Notes: generated from the letters alone by a model not told the origin. Counted from the first letter of the whole stretch, positions 1-14,438 are shown. The stretch: DNA of 63,909 bases, filler included, from Bigelowiella natans CCMP2755 (GCA_000320545.1; 9 parts of 9 records of this genome joined end to end with filler, not necessarily neighbours in it); one strand, 5' to 3'. Numbers and translations: made by a program.

Positions 1-80
1 TTATCATCATCATTATCATCATCATATCACACCATCATTATCACCATCATCACCATCATCATCATCATCATCATCATCTT

Positions 81-675
81 AGCCGAATACAAGCGATGAA
101 TCCAGGGTTAACACTACCGCAAGATCCAATCGTTTGGGTGAGGAACTACTCTTCATTTCTAACAACTACTACTACTGCTACTATTACTACTTAGTTGTAC
201 ACAACACAGCACATATGCTCGATCAATCCTTCAAGTGTGTGTGTGATGACAATGTGAGAATGGTCGCGGTGAATATATGTATGCGGTGTGATTTCATTGC
301 TTCTCGTTTTTCCTGGTAAAACAGTGATACAGAATATTGATTAATCATCCATCCGGGTTGTTGTTGTTGTTGTTGTTGTTGTTGTGTGTGTGTGTATGTG
401 TGTGTGTGTGTGATGTTTGCTGCCTGCCTTCCTCTCTTTCTCCCCTTCCGCCCCCCCTCTCTCACTCATAGGTTGATTCTAAAGTTGATGACGAGGTATA
501 TCTATCATCCTCTCACAAAAACGAGAATAAATAGGAAAAATGAGCACACAATATCACAGCACACATCAGAAAAAACCATGTTTACAAGGAGGATGTTACA
601 GGAATCCTCAAAACTTATTTCTTTTAAACCGAATATTACTTAACATCCGTCGACTTTCTACCCTCCCCCCCTCTT

Positions 676-720
<45 letters not shown>

Positions 721-1050
721 GTTCTTCCAATGTTATCGTTTGTTTGTTTTCTGATGATATCTTCATCAGGTGACTCTGCGGCTAACAACACGGCTCTCCA
801 AGATTTCGCCTCAATTCAAAGCTACTATCGGGATCACAAACAAAACCACGTAATGATTTTAATAGAATTGAATCTTCTCCCTATTAGTTAGTAGTAGTAG
901 CTCAATCCTTCTTCCGAAGTCTTTGCATCTATCTTATCATTCCGCTGTTATTGTTGCCTATCATGCAGCTTTCCCATCAACAATACAGTTGTTGTGGATC
1001 TCAATATCCAGAAAGAGACTGGTGTCATCACCACCCGGGGGGTGAGAAAT

Positions 1051-1086
<36 letters not shown>

Positions 1087-1284
1087 CACGAGTGATGCTG
1101 GTTGGCATGGCGGTGAGATGATTTGACGATTCCTATGTAGTTCATCTCGTTGGCCTGCTCACCTACCTTCCTCTCGTCTTTTGCTCCTTCGACTTGTTCT
1201 TCTTTACCCACTCTACATCATCTGTTGGTTATCAGGGCTTCTCTGCCGTTGGCTATCACATCGGGATCCAGGTGTAGTAGTAGC

Positions 1285-1316
<32 letters not shown>

Positions 1317-1762
1317 TGGTAGAAGTATTGTCGATGTGTTGTTAAACGCAAAAAGCATGAATATTAAACACTGTTATTATAGGTTAATTTACTGGGACTA
1401 GAGAACGGCCTCATACCCACCAATCATAGGTGCTAATCGCATATATGATTGTGTGTAGTAGTACACACGCACGTGACAAAAGAAGGCGTACATCGTACAT
1501 GTTACATGCCAAAGCTTTTTCTTGTGAGTCCGTGATAGCTGCAACTGCTGTTTGCTGCTGCTGCTGCTGCTGCCTCCTCAAGTGCCATAATTATTTGACG
1601 ATGATGCTTTTATGCTAACAACGTGTGTTGTGCTGTTAAGTCTTCAATCATGCTTCAACGAGAATAGTGAGAGAAAGGTTTGTATACTACTCGCCACTTA
1701 GAGGCAGGAACAGATAACACAGTGAATTAGTCAACTACGCGCTCGATTTTACATGATGCAAC

Positions 1763-1800
<38 letters not shown>

Positions 1801-2102
1801 ATCACGCACACATGCACACACGTACGCATATTGCATATGTATGTTTGCCTTCTCGTAAACAATTATGGAACAACAGCCGAGCATCATTTTGGGTTAAAAC
1901 TTCCTCTCCCTTCTTGTGCGATACTATCAATCTCTCTCATACGTTAGTAATGTGTGTTGTGTTTGCTGTTGTTGTCGTAATTATTATTATTATTATTATC
2001 ATTACTATTATTACTATTACTCAGGATCCAAGGCCAGACGATTGTTACCCATTCTCGGAAGCCTGGTGTGTGCGCTCGCAGCAATATCATCACTACATCA
2101 TA

Positions 2103-2135
<33 letters not shown>

Positions 2136-2187
2136 AAACAACAGCGCAGAAAGATCTTCTCTTCCTAAACAGCAGCTAGCAAAACAC

Positions 2188-2233
<46 letters not shown>

Positions 2234-3044
2234 ACATGTCACAAATAATGTCATCGTAGGTTCTTCGTTACATACCAGGTGGATAATGATAATCAATTGT
2301 AGACGAGTCTTTTCATCATAATTTACCTCTCCTCCTATCCACGGACAATAAGATGCGAATGATGTTAACGACAGTGATAACAACGATGATGATGATGGTG
2401 GTGAGGAGGAGGATGCCGATTAAAACTGATCTGACCATTTTCATCATGATTGAAATAATCTTGATGGCGATAAAGAAAGCGAGATAATTTCCTCCTCCCT
2501 CCCTCGTTGTTGTGTTTGGTCTGATCTTGATGCTGACAGAACTACTACGGGGTAGAACAGTGCTCATACGGCAACACCACTGCAGAGTTTATGCGGTACT
2601 ACTACTACTACTACTACTACTATTACTACTTCAACTGCTGCTACCTTACAAATGAGGAATTATCATCAATATATTCTTAATCTTTTTGATATGTCTCATC
2701 AAGCAGAGCAGCACCCTTAGTTGCATGCGATTCTCCATTCGTTGCGAATTTGCATATTTTGCATGCACACGCTAGCCTCACCCTTTTTTTGTCATTGTAG
2801 ATACTTCGTGACCAATAAGTCGATAATGGCTTCTTACGGGTTTTCGCCGGTTTGTGTCCATGATCTTCTGAAAAAAGAAAAGGATGATTGGGAAGAATAC
2901 CGATGATGATAATAATAATGCTGATGATGGTTGTACGCGGTATGATTATAACCCACCACATCCTCCTCCTCCTCTTTATCCTAGATCAACGGAATGCTGT
3001 CGGATCGTGCGCTAAATATGATCTACAACATGACATGCGATGGG

Positions 3045-3080
<36 letters not shown>

Positions 3081-3126
3081 GGTTGTTATTCGTCAAACTA
3101 ATCAGCACCATTCAGAATTCATATTG

Positions 3127-3175
<49 letters not shown>

Positions 3176-3262
3176 TGTGTGTGGTGAGCAATACCGTGCA
3201 GCAGAAGCAGCAGCAGCAGCAGACCTTTCTCATTTACTCGACTGATGAGCATCTTGAAGATG

Positions 3263-3301
<39 letters not shown>

Positions 3302-3403
3302 CTCCTGACCCCCCTTCTTCTTCTTCCCAAAGGTTTCTATGCTCCGACCTCCAGCAGATCAACCAGACGGCACTAGTACTCAATATCATCTTCCCGTGTG
3401 GGC

Positions 3404-3478
<75 letters not shown>

Positions 3479-3935
3479 GGTTTATATATGGAACAATTAT
3501 TCAATTTGTCCTGCAAATTAGAGGACAGAGGAGGCAGCAATCAAAAAATTTTCTTAACATCATCAATATTCGAAGTACTAAGCACTACTACAACAAACTA
3601 CCACTGAGAGGTTGTTGCTCCTCCTCTCTTTCACAATCAGCGTTTGTTTTTATTATGCACATACTACTACTACTACTACTACTACTGCAGTGATCGTCCT
3701 ATGCGTCGCACTTGTGGTGGGGGCAGGAGTGCTTGGAGGCTTCGTCTGGGTATATTAATGAATGAACGGTGATGATGATCAAGATGATGATGATCAAAGG
3801 TGTAAAAGGCGCTATAACAATTGCTTTCTCTTCCTTCTCCCTCTCCCCCATCGTAGTTCGGAATAAAGAGCAAAAACCAAATCATCCAGGAGAGTGACGT
3901 GCAGGTGCTAGTACCCTATTGTGCTTTTGTTTGAC
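81..3935 (+). CDS. 3' part of a multi-exon gene for an unknown, probably single-pass membrane protein
   Basis: Short AG..GT-bounded exons between microsatellite introns, e.g. ~1236-1271 GFSAVGYHIGIQ, ~2026-2064 GSKARRLLPILGSL, ~3332-3405 FLCSDLQQINQTALVLNIIFPCGQ, and hydrophobic ~3690-3750 VIVLCVALVVGAGVLGGFVW. Boundaries approximate. Confidence 0.4.
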
Positions 3936-4424
3936 AACGACAAAGAGTAGTATATCACGATAAGTGGAAACCAAACGCATTGATAATATACTAATAAATG
4001 TGCAGATGTTGGGGGAGCTTGGCCGGGGAAACTTCGGGGTTACTTACCGGGCAAGGTGGCAACACAGCATACACGTTCACATTAAAGAGAGAATGAGAAA
4101 GAAGGAGAAATGGAGAAAGAGAGTCATCTGAATGCATTTCAGAATTTATATTCTCATATGTAGACGTCATTTGTCGCAGCAGGAACATAGTGCGCTTTAA
4201 GCATTTATCACCATTCTTGATGGAGAAACCTGGTTTCTTTCCTATTAATTACCCCCTGTCCTTCTTAGATATAAGGGCAAAACTGTTGTCGTAAAAATGC
4301 CGAAAGAGAAGGGGGATCTGCAGGTCATTTCAACATCTTTTCCTGCTTATTTACCACGCACCGTTCGCATTGCGCACGAACCTACACAGATTCGGATAAA
4401 CACGCACCACAACACACACATGTA

Positions 4425-4470
<46 letters not shown>

Positions 4471-4570
4471 NNNNNNNNNNNNNNNNNNNNNNNNNNNNNN
4501 NNNNNNNNNNNNNNTTAATTAATTAANNNNNNNNNNNNNNNNNNNNNNNNNNNNNNNNNNNNNNNNNNNN
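4471..4570. other. Assembly gap spacer (also 8803-8902, 10110-10209, 25449-25548, 45738-45837, 47477-47576, 49501-49600, 59920-60019)
   Basis: Identical 100-bp N blocks with a central TTAATTAATTAA (stops in all six frames). Confidence 0.98.
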
Positions 4571-4595
4571 CAGGCGTACCAGTTACTCTTGGGGA

Positions 4596-5840
4596 TTATG
4601 AATGGCTGCCTTTCTTTCTCTTTAACTTCTCGTAGTGTTCGTTGAGCTGCCTGATCGTCATCCTGGGTCGTCCTTCTTTCCTGTCTCTGCAGTCTTTAGC
4701 GGTGTGTTTCCCTTTACGTGAGCAGTATCCGCAACGTCGGTTACCTTCCCTGTCCTTGTACCAGTCTCGCTGCGGCTTAATAGCGTTAATGTTTCCTATG
4801 CCAGGTACCTTAGGGCTGGTAAACTTGCGGTCCTGCTCCTGCTCGCGTAGGGATATAGCCTGCACTGCTGCCTCCATCGTGGTGTAGCCTTTCTCCGTAA
4901 CGTAAGTGGATTCCTTTATCTTTAACTTGAACTCTTCAAACCTTGCCTGATCATCACCTGTGTTGTAATTAAAATCATGTAGTTCGTCGATCATATCCTG
5001 GAAGCGCGTGGCAAAGTCTCTAACAGGTTCTCTCTCATGCTGCATCATTGCTCTGTATTTTCTAATAGCCTGGGGTAGGGAGTTAGCATCCTGTTCATTT
5101 ACAAAAGCCTTCATTATCGCCTCAACGTCTCGTAGCCCACTAACTGTAGTGTGTATTTTCTCTAGCTGCCTGATCCGGGTCCTGCCTGTCTCGTAAAGGT
5201 CCATGGCTTGCTTTATTATAGCTAGCCATTTGAGCTTGTCGTTTTCGGTGGGGTTAGGGGTAAAGTCGCAGAGTATACTCCTAGCGTTCTTCCACCACCT
5301 CCTTGCCTCACCTCTTTTCCCGTTGTATTTCGTTATCATAACCGGTGCTGTTTTAACAGACATGAACTGGGTGTTCCGCTGTACCGGCTGCTGCTGCTTG
5401 ACGGTGCTCTGGGTCGTCCCCCGCGAGGCGCCCAGACCCCCGTCGTTCCTAAACAAAGCTGCCCACTCTGGAGGTAAGTCTGCTTCGTAATCCATGATGT
5501 CCTGCATGATAGCTGCCCAAACATCATGTGTCTGATACTTGTATTCTATCGATACTTTCAGTTTGGCGTAGTTGCTCGCCCTGGGTCGCAAGGCTCGTAA
5601 TGCCATTACGACCTTCTTGCTTTCGGCGGCCACGTCCTCGTCGTCCGCCTCGTAGAAGTTCTCCAGTGCCTCTGCTGCTGCATCTGCTTTCTTAATCCCG
5701 GGTGCTGGTCCCGGCGGTGCCTGTGGAGGTGTTCCTCCTCCTTCCTTAGCGTCCGTATCGCCCTTCCTTTCCTGTTTCTGCTCGTGCCCTTGCACGGCCT
5801 GCGAGCCAAAGTCCTGCTGTTCTTCTAGCTGCTGTGACAT
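4596..5840 (-). CDS. gag: Retrotransposon Gag (capsid plus zinc knuckle), truncated
   Basis: 414-aa ORF with gag-like MQHEREPVRDFATRF and knuckle CGYCSRKGKHTAKDC. The last codons and the stop come from unrelated flanking sequence. Confidence 0.9.
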   Translation of the reverse strand: MSQQLEEQQDFGSQAVQGHEQKQERKGDTDAKEGGGTPPQAPPGPAPGIKKADAAAEALENFYEADDEDVAAESKKVVMALRALRPRASNYAKLKVSIEYKYQTHDVWAAIMQDIMDYEADLPPEWAALFRNDGGLGASRGTTQSTVKQQQPVQRNTQFMSVKTAPVMITKYNGKRGEARRWWKNARSILCDFTPNPTENDKLKWLAIIKQAMDLYETGRTRIRQLEKIHTTVSGLRDVEAIMKAFVNEQDANSLPQAIRKYRAMMQHEREPVRDFATRFQDMIDELHDFNYNTGDDQARFEEFKLKIKESTYVTEKGYTTMEAAVQAISLREQEQDRKFTSPKVPGIGNINAIKPQRDWYKDREGNRRCGYCSRKGKHTAKDCRDRKEGRPRMTIRQLNEHYEKLKRKKGSHS

Positions 5841-6204
5841 TGTTAGTCAAATCGTTTCCCGTGTGTGGAAGCCAAAGGTTGTTGCGCGTAAGGTGTTCAC
5901 AGGCCGAGGCGCTACGTGCACAAGTAGGCAGGGGGGGGGAAAGGCACGTTTGCTTCCTTTTGAAGAGTTGTGTTTATTTTTATTAAAGATTATATTTTTA
6001 TTAAATCGTGCACTGCGTAATCATTCGCGAAGCTTTCGCGAATGCCGCCGCACGTGGGGCAGCACACTCCGGTGTGCTGCCATGAGTCCCGCCGGAACCC
6101 ACGTGCCTATGCTGTATTAATATCTACGTTATCTATATTCTATATCCGCGACAACCCCTTTGTTGTCGCACGTGACTTGTGCCCGCGTAGTGGTACGCGC
6201 TACA
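4606..6204 (-). mobile_element. Ty3/gypsy LTR retrotransposon copy 1 (5' LTR, PBS, gag; truncated after gag)
   Basis: Near-identical to the reverse complement of 60135-61735. Homology stops at 4606, 35 bp before a gap. Confidence 0.93.
5880..6204 (-). repeat. 5' LTR of copy 1
   Basis: TG...CA termini; matches 38535-38860 and the reverse complement of 60135-60461. Confidence 0.93.
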
Positions 6205-7099
6205 CACCTTACGCGCAACATGGAGCATCCACACGCAGTCTGCCAGCAGTCGTGCGTGTGCACTGATCGTGCCGGTGGAAACGAAGGTGAGAACGAGACG
6301 TTCACCGATCGCAAAGGTGAGGCCAGGTGCACCCATTGGTCACGTGTACGTGTGAACCAACGAGTTCAAGCACTGCTAGACTGGCGGCACACTGCTGGAC
6401 TGCACAGCACGTCACATTGTGTTGCATCGCAGTTCGATGACGATCGATGCAATGATTCCCTCACATGCTAGCTTGTTTGACTTGTGGCATAGCACATGCA
6501 TCGCAGCCTAGCTTCGATCTTTGTACGTTGCAATACGCAGCAATGACACATGGTACGAACAAAAATTCAAAGCAGCCCACTTACACACATACACACACAT
6601 GCACACAACATCACGTTCCTGAGATGACATGGACAACACCCACTGATGCGCACCATGGCATGGCAACTATGCCTCGAAAACTAAAAATTCCAGCCAACAT
6701 GATGAATTAACATGAATCATGACATGGATGCATCGTGATCATCAAATTGGAATCCATGTGCTGCTTGCTTCTTCATGTCGTTCCTTGAGCTCGCGACAGC
6801 TCTTATGGATAATTTCTAAATGTGTGAATTCGCTCCACGCCTTTTCTGCAGCTAGCTCGAATGGGGATCAACTTGCATATCTCCCCCCCTGTCCTTGCTC
6901 TCGGCTGCGAATAACCAGACAACACCATTGCCCTCAGAAATTTTCAAATTTAAACTTATTCGTGAAATATCCAACAAAATGGTCGATGATCGTTGTTCTC
7001 CGCCTCCGTGGTCGCAGGGAGCAACATCATTGGTGATTTTCCCGCTATTATGTAGGTATATCTTGGGGAAACACATTCTGTTCTGTCCGTTCGTTTCAT

Positions 7100-8016
7100 C
7101 AATCGACAAGCAAGACATCATCCTACCCAACTTCTATTACCTTTTGGGGGATCTCTTCTCATTTTCTTCCTAGATTGCTTTGCTGCAAAGAGGGTGCCAA
7201 TGTATATTTGAAAATCACCGTATAAAGAAGCAAGGTTGTTTCAAGAGATTAACCATGTCCGCTCCGCTCACTACTCTTCAGTGCGCAAAACGTAAATTTT
7301 CTGATTTGGCCATACACTTCTCTTCACTATCCCCACCCCCTGCCCCGATTCCAATTCTATCATCATCAGCAGCAGCAGAGAATAAGTACCGTGCCGTGCC
7401 TTGACAAACTCATTAATAAGCGGATTTGCATCTGTATCTAGAGTGTCGAATATACTGCCTGGAGAAGGGGGGGGACGAGGAGGAGGAGGAGGAGGAGGAG
7501 GAGGAAGACAGAGGATGAGAAGAAGGGAGGGATGGTGATTACGGGAAACTTTCATTGACACTGCTACTGTTTTTGCCTTCCTCAACCCCCCCCCCTTCAA
7601 TGAATCGTTACCTTTCAAAGTAGGGTTCATCTCCATAGCTTGGAATGCTGACTGGTCCTCCGTCAAACTGAACACCTCCACGCCTTTTTGGTGAATCATC
7701 ATCATCATCATCCCAGGTTAGGTTATTCATATCGGCTGGTGATGATGCGTTAATGATTATGATAATAAAAAAGGCTAGGATTCGGAGTTATGCCGAACGA
7801 CCGACATGCATCGGGGGGGGGGGCAGGATAGATAAGTTGTCGCTACTATTGGTTGTGGAACTACTACTACCACTACAACAACTACCACTACAACAACTAC
7901 TACTACAATACTATAGTACTACCGATAGACTTTGTGTCCTCCCGGAATACTAGCACCCATAAGTGCGCCTGTTGATTACAGACACATTTAATCTACATTT
8001 GAATAAAACTTATATT

Positions 8017-8065
<49 letters not shown>

Positions 8066-8278
8066 GACATATGATGCCTTTGGCTCATCAATTGCACGAT
8101 GGCAATTCGTTCCACAACGCACGGAAATTATACCCATAACCATACGGATGGCACTAGCTAGAAGAGGATGCATCATAACAGCACACACCTGTGGGTCGAA
8201 TGCGATTCCCAGTGGCGTGTCCTTGATCTCAAGCTATTATGACGACGACGACGATGATGATGATGATGATGATGATGA

Positions 8279-8324
<46 letters not shown>

Positions 8325-9119
8325 GGCAGGTAGACCAACAGAGAGAGGGAGAGAAAGGCAAACACCGCAAGGGTACACACAGCGGCGCAAGCTGAACATA
8401 ACCACCTGCGAATGTGGCTTCAAGCAGCCTTCGGAAACCCTCAGAATCTCCACTACGGACTTTTCCCCCTGCAAACACAAATAAAGGAGGAAAAGGAGAG
8501 AGCGAGGGAGAGGGGGGGGGGGGGGGGGGGGGTGGAAAGAGGGAAGGGGATAAAAAGTTGTTTTTTTTTTTTTTTTGGGGGGAAAATCCTCTACAACAGG
8601 GTCCCCCCCCCCCCCCCCCTCTTCCCCCCCCCCATGCTTTTGGGGGGGGGTGTCCAAAAAAAGGAATTACCATTTTCCACCCCCCGAGCATCGGTTGCCA
8701 CTCATTAACAAAAAAACATTTATTTGCCTTAAGTGATACTCGTTACCGTCCTGAAAATTTTTTTTAACATTTCAGAAATATGATACTGCTACCTCCATTT
8801 TANNNNNNNNNNNNNNNNNNNNNNNNNNNNNNNNNNNNNNNNNNNNTTAATTAATTAANNNNNNNNNNNNNNNNNNNNNNNNNNNNNNNNNNNNNNNNNN
8901 NNCATTCGCTCCTCAAATAATCGAAGAGAGAAAACGGTGTTAATTGTGGCAAGAAAGAAGAAGAAAGGAGAAGAAGAAAGATGATGATGGAATCGTGTCG
9001 TCGCACCGCCCTTGAAAGCACGATCTCGTAAGGTATCATCGTCCTCGAATCTCTCCTCAACGATGGCAGTGACCCACTAAATCCAAGCCAACAACACGCA
9101 CACGCACACAAATTACATC

Positions 9120-9176
<57 letters not shown>

Positions 9177-9515
9177 ATAACCTCGTCAGTCTCAGAGTCG
9201 AGATAGAGAACCTTATCCTTCGCTTTTGGCATGAAAGCAGCTCCTCGCGTATCACCCTTACCGTACCCCTTCACAGTGTCTCCTTTTCCTTCTTGCGTCC
9301 CCTCCTCCCCCTCCTTAGCGTCATCGTCGTTGTCGCCCATTCTCTTCGTGTCCGAGAGCATTGTCGTCGCCATCGTCTTGAATGTCGCGTTGAAGCCCCC
9401 TTCTAGCTTCTCACGAACCGATGCAGTCGTGCCTGAGTTTTTAATGCGCGCGGGGGGGGGATGGGTCATGTTAAGAGCGTTGAAAATAGAGGCAGCCGCG
9501 GTCAATTAAGACAGT

Positions 9516-9555
<40 letters not shown>

Positions 9556-9770
9556 AAGAGGCTATGTTCTCTCATGACCAGCGTCTAAGATATCAACAAC
9601 AGTAGCGACAACAACAACAGTAGCAGCAGCAACAACAACAACAACAAGAAGAATGCTGCTGCTGCTATGATCCTGCGTACGTACTTTCGGTGAGTGCCAA
9701 GCTTGGAAGTGTCGTCGATAAGTTGTCGCACTCATCAACGGCCCTAGGAGTTCTCTGTGATGTAATCATA
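7100..9770 (-). CDS. Multi-exon hypothetical gene fragment(s), interrupted by a gap
   Basis: Coding-like exons, e.g. 9181-9505 (ASVREKLEGGFNATFKTMATT...LYLDSETDE) and ~8190-8233 (LEIKDTPLGIAFDPQ). No recognisable domain. Confidence 0.35.
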
Positions 9771-9771
9771 T

Positions 9772-9819
<48 letters not shown>

Positions 9820-10036
9820 GTTATATAGATTCACACTCTTCGGAAGCACTCGCAGCATCATTGCCAATTGCATTCCCCCCCCCCCCTCCCGGTACATGAA
9901 ATCCCAGCGTGCGCGCGAGGATGAAAGGGCGTGTGAGCATGAAGCCGTGTGCTGGCGTTCGCGCCTTTTACGGCGCTTGCGGTTGTGCGTGGTGGTGATG
10001 GCGGTAGACGTGTGTTTATAGGTGGAGCGAGAGCGC

Positions 10037-10109
<73 letters not shown>

Positions 10110-10292
10110 NNNNNNNNNNNNNNNNNNNNNNNNNNNNNNNNNNNNNNNNNNNNTTAATTAATTAANNNNNNNNNNNNNNNNNNNNNNNNNNNNNNNNNNN
10201 NNNNNNNNNTGGCGACAGACCCACGTGATTTGAGCTGAGCAGCTTCCCTTGCCCATTGAGTACTACTTGCACTGCTGCTGCCTATATATGCG

Positions 10293-10339
<47 letters not shown>

Positions 10340-10374
10340 CTACCTGCTGGCCGTCGGTTCCGCATCGATTTCAG

Positions 10375-10914
10375 TCCGAGTGAATTCCCCTCCAGGATCA
10401 GGCTCCTGCGCGTCATCTCCAGATGTAGGCGTCGCTTTAGAAACCGATTTCATCCTCTCCTGTGAAGGGTTCGTAGATGATGCGGAGGACCTTCCCCTTC
10501 GCTTCAAGTACCAATCCGTGAACGGCGAGAACGCGGCAGCGGCACTCGCCAGCCCGGCCACTTACACCGCGACCCAGAGCTCCACATACCTAGACATCTG
10601 CAGGTTTCGAGACCTCCAGTCTTACAAAACAAAGCTTGCAGCTCCTCTTGGATCCTCCCCGAGGCTGCTGGTAAGGGCCATCGTGAGTGATGACCTAGGC
10701 TCGGAAGGCTACTATTACTTCGCATTGAACGTTACGCAACCGACCACTCTCAATCTCACCAAGTCGAGCCTTGCGTTGACCGAGCGACTGGAGGAGGGCG
10801 ACACGCAGTCGTTTGTGACGGAAGTGGTAAGGATTCCGGAAGGGGTGGGGGAAGGGGGGGTTTGACAATAAAGCTTCGAGTGATATCTTACTTTTGCGCC
10901 GCGCTCTTCTCCTC

Positions 10915-10948
<34 letters not shown>

Positions 10949-10967
10949 CCTCCCCCCCCCTCTCTCT

Positions 10968-11020
<53 letters not shown>

Positions 11021-11024
11021 TCTC

Positions 11025-11069
<45 letters not shown>

Positions 11070-13331
11070 CCATATCTTCAGTCTCCGACTCCTTGCGTGC
11101 GAACACACCTGCGCGCACACACCCACATACGTAACACACCGATGCAATATGATATATGCATGTCGCGCACTTGTGATAGGCCGCACTTGCATCGTTCCTC
11201 TCGTCGGATTCTGGTTTGGCGCAAACCACTGACTCATCCGCAGCAGATGAGCGTGAAGATCTGCTAAACAAAGTCGCGAGCGTCTCAGTAACCAATCCCT
11301 CGAGTGGGGAATCATCGGCCTCCTCCTTATCAGCTCCCGTTATCGCCAGCTTGGCAGAAATCCTCACAGCCGCTTCTCGCCCCGCTGAGATCACGACAAA
11401 CGTGAAGTCCAAGACGCTGGATCTTCTCGGGGCCATCACGAATTCGTTCGATGCAAGCTCAACCGCAAAAGCAACTGGAGACGAGGGAGACACTGTAGCA
11501 TCAGCTAGCGGAGCTATATCAAACTTGCTCACAGCAGCCTCTAACAATACCGGGACGACAGCCGCGACCAACACAGAGCTTGCGAATGCGGAACGGCTGG
11601 AAAAGACGCTCTCCGACTTGTCGACGATGCTCTCCGTGGCTCTCATTCCAGGTGGGTCTTGTGCGTAGTAGCGTCCATGTGCATGTTTTGGTTGTGTTAC
11701 TCGATGCTAAGGGGAGGTTATAGGGTGACTGACGATTCTCTGCCATTGTGTTGCCCCCCCCTCCCTTCCTCCTCTCTGCAGGAGAAGACCAAGTAGTGAA
11801 AGGGCAGCAAAATAGCACAGGAAAAGCAACCGTTTCTATATCGTCCCGAGTAATGAAACCGGATGAGGCCTTCAACACAACACTTACTAGCATCGACGGG
11901 GCCACGGTGAGCTTCGAGCTTCTTAACGTTTCCTCGTCGGGAGGCGCTACTGGCGTACAGCTGGGATTCATTGCGGTTACGGGGGGGAGAGGAGGATCGC
12001 TGTTCCCGTTCGCCAGCAACATCACCAGTGCGTACACCAGCGGTCTATCGATAGTAGAAGTCAAGGAAAAGACATTGACTGGGGGTAAGTGGATGATGCT
12101 CTTAGTCGTAATAGTAGTGGTAGTATTGTGTGTTGCTGGAAGGTGCAATAGATTTGCCTCATCCCCTTGCTCGATCTATGCATGTGGATGTTAGTCGTTC
12201 TGCAGTGTCAGATGCTGAATTCCTCCCCTCCTCCCCTCTCCCCCCCTTTTCGTAACAGTGAGGGAACTTGCGATAGCAGACAAGTCGGTTGCACCGTTTC
12301 TCATTCAAGTTCCGACCGATGGTGATGGGGACTCCCTGCCCACAAACAGCGATGGCACAGCAGCCGTTCGCCAATGCGTCTTTTGGTCTAATGTCACCGG
12401 CCATTGGAGCACAGAAGGCGTCGAGTACAAAGGTAATTGCATTAGGAATCGTCGAGACGGGTCTACTACCAATGATAAATATACATGTAAATCCTTTGAA
12501 GAAGCATCCTTTCCCCCCTCCTCCAATCGTAATAATAACGCTCTTGTCACCAACGACTCCGCTTACCCAACAGGGCTTAGCGCGGACGGAAGCCATAAGT
12601 GCGAGTCTACCCACCTGTCATCGTTCAGCACCCAGCCGGCCTTCCAAGTGGAAGTAAACACGTTCTCAGCGAGTGATGCTTCAAACGTCAACGCCTACGA
12701 CCCGAGCAAGAACCCAGCGATGGCGCTGACATTAATCCTGATCGGAATTCTGATCCTGCTCCTCCCGCTCACCTATTACATCGACAAGAAAACAGCAGTA
12801 TCGAAAGAGCTCATCCTCAAGAACGAGCTAGAGTTCTACCGAGGCATGAATCATACACGTACGAACGCGTGGAAGGCATGCATCAGACCACGACGCCCCA
12901 AACAATGCCCTCCGCTCCCCCCTTTTCCCGTGAAATTTCCCTTCATTTCTTCGTAGACCCCCCTTCCCCCCCTCCTGAGAAAAGCTAGAAAACCTAGATT
13001 AGAAGGATTCAGTGAGAGCTGATCTTACAGATCTGGTGCTTTAGCTTCAAGTTTATTTGAAAATGGATTTAATGAATACGGTTGCTGTGCTTTTAGGCAA
13101 AATGCATTACGAAGATCCTCGTTCCCTGCAAAATTGGAAGGAATCAATCAAGCTTGCCATGCGGAGGAGGCACCCTTGGCTTTCTTTGTGCATTCGAATG
13201 TCCGGCGATTTTATAGACTCGCGGAAAAGGCTTTTGATTCTTGCCAATCTCACGTTCAATGCGGCCGCTGTTTGCGCACTCTTGGTTATAAAATACTACA
13301 TCTTCCCAATTGTGACGTGTTGTTTGGTGTT

Positions 13332-13374
<43 letters not shown>

Positions 13375-13808
13375 ATTGAAGGAGAGCAGGAGGTCATTAT
13401 CATCGTCGTGGTCTTCATTTGTATGGTAGTGGTGACTTTCGTACGAATGACGATAGGTTGGAACGGAGCAGAAGCTGGGGTACATCCAAGGGAATATTGC
13501 AACTGCCATTGTTGCGATGTTGATCGGCTACCCTATACCATACGTCATCACTTCGATATTCGCAAGGGAGACACCACATAGTTATAAAGTCAAATTCACG
13601 CCTGTAGGCCTCGTAGCAGCAATGCCGTGGTTGTTTTGGGCCTTCTCCGTCATAATGGGCGAGTTTGATGTTGGAGCCGTGGAAGTAGAGGTCTTCAGGG
13701 GAGAGGGCGGCTGTGGGTGGATGGGGGGTTTGCTTAATCGAATCATTGAAAAAATGGTTTTTTCTTGTTTGTAATTTTGACACAGTAGGTATTTGAACCT
13801 ATTTCTCG

Positions 13809-13853
<45 letters not shown>

Positions 13854-14400
13854 TGTGTGTGTATTGACATTAACTCTACGTTTGTTGTTGTATATGGATA
13901 CCAGGATGAAGACGACGCTGGAGCTGATGACGATCCCGGTCCTCGAGCTTTGTTTGTAGTCTTCCTGAGAATACTGATTTGCCGCACTCATTGTATCCAA
14001 CACTCCCCAATATCTTCTAGTACAAAGCGTTTAAGGAATAAGCTGGAATCTCTCTCATTTTCTCCTGTCCCATTTTCCACACTCTACTTGCAGATCAACG
14101 GGATCGTATGGACGACAATGACGACGAAGAAGACGAAAAAAATAAGAATAAAAAGGCTGCAATGGCTGGAGCTGCAGCTGGGGGATTGATTGGAATGTCT
14201 GCTGCTGAATTATCGAAACAACAGAAACCAGTACGTAAATGATATCTCTAAAGACAACCTTGTCCTATTTTCCCTCCATTTTCTCCCTCTGTGGCGTGGC
14301 GCTTTCGCGTTTATTCATTTATTACGTGTTAACGTGTGACTTCAATCCCTGCTCCCGTTGCGGTAAGCTCAGGTGCAAACTGTTTTGACATCTCTTGTAT

Positions 14401-14438
<38 letters not shown>

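Noticed and set aside
3128-3471. Many microsatellites of nearly uniform ~30-bp length
   Set aside because: Probably capped by k-mer-based assembly. The HTHT, CVCV, ERER and YIYI ORFs are SSR translations.
4515-4526. TTAATTAATTAA repeated eight times across the window
   Set aside because: Always centred in identical N blocks; a scaffolding spacer.
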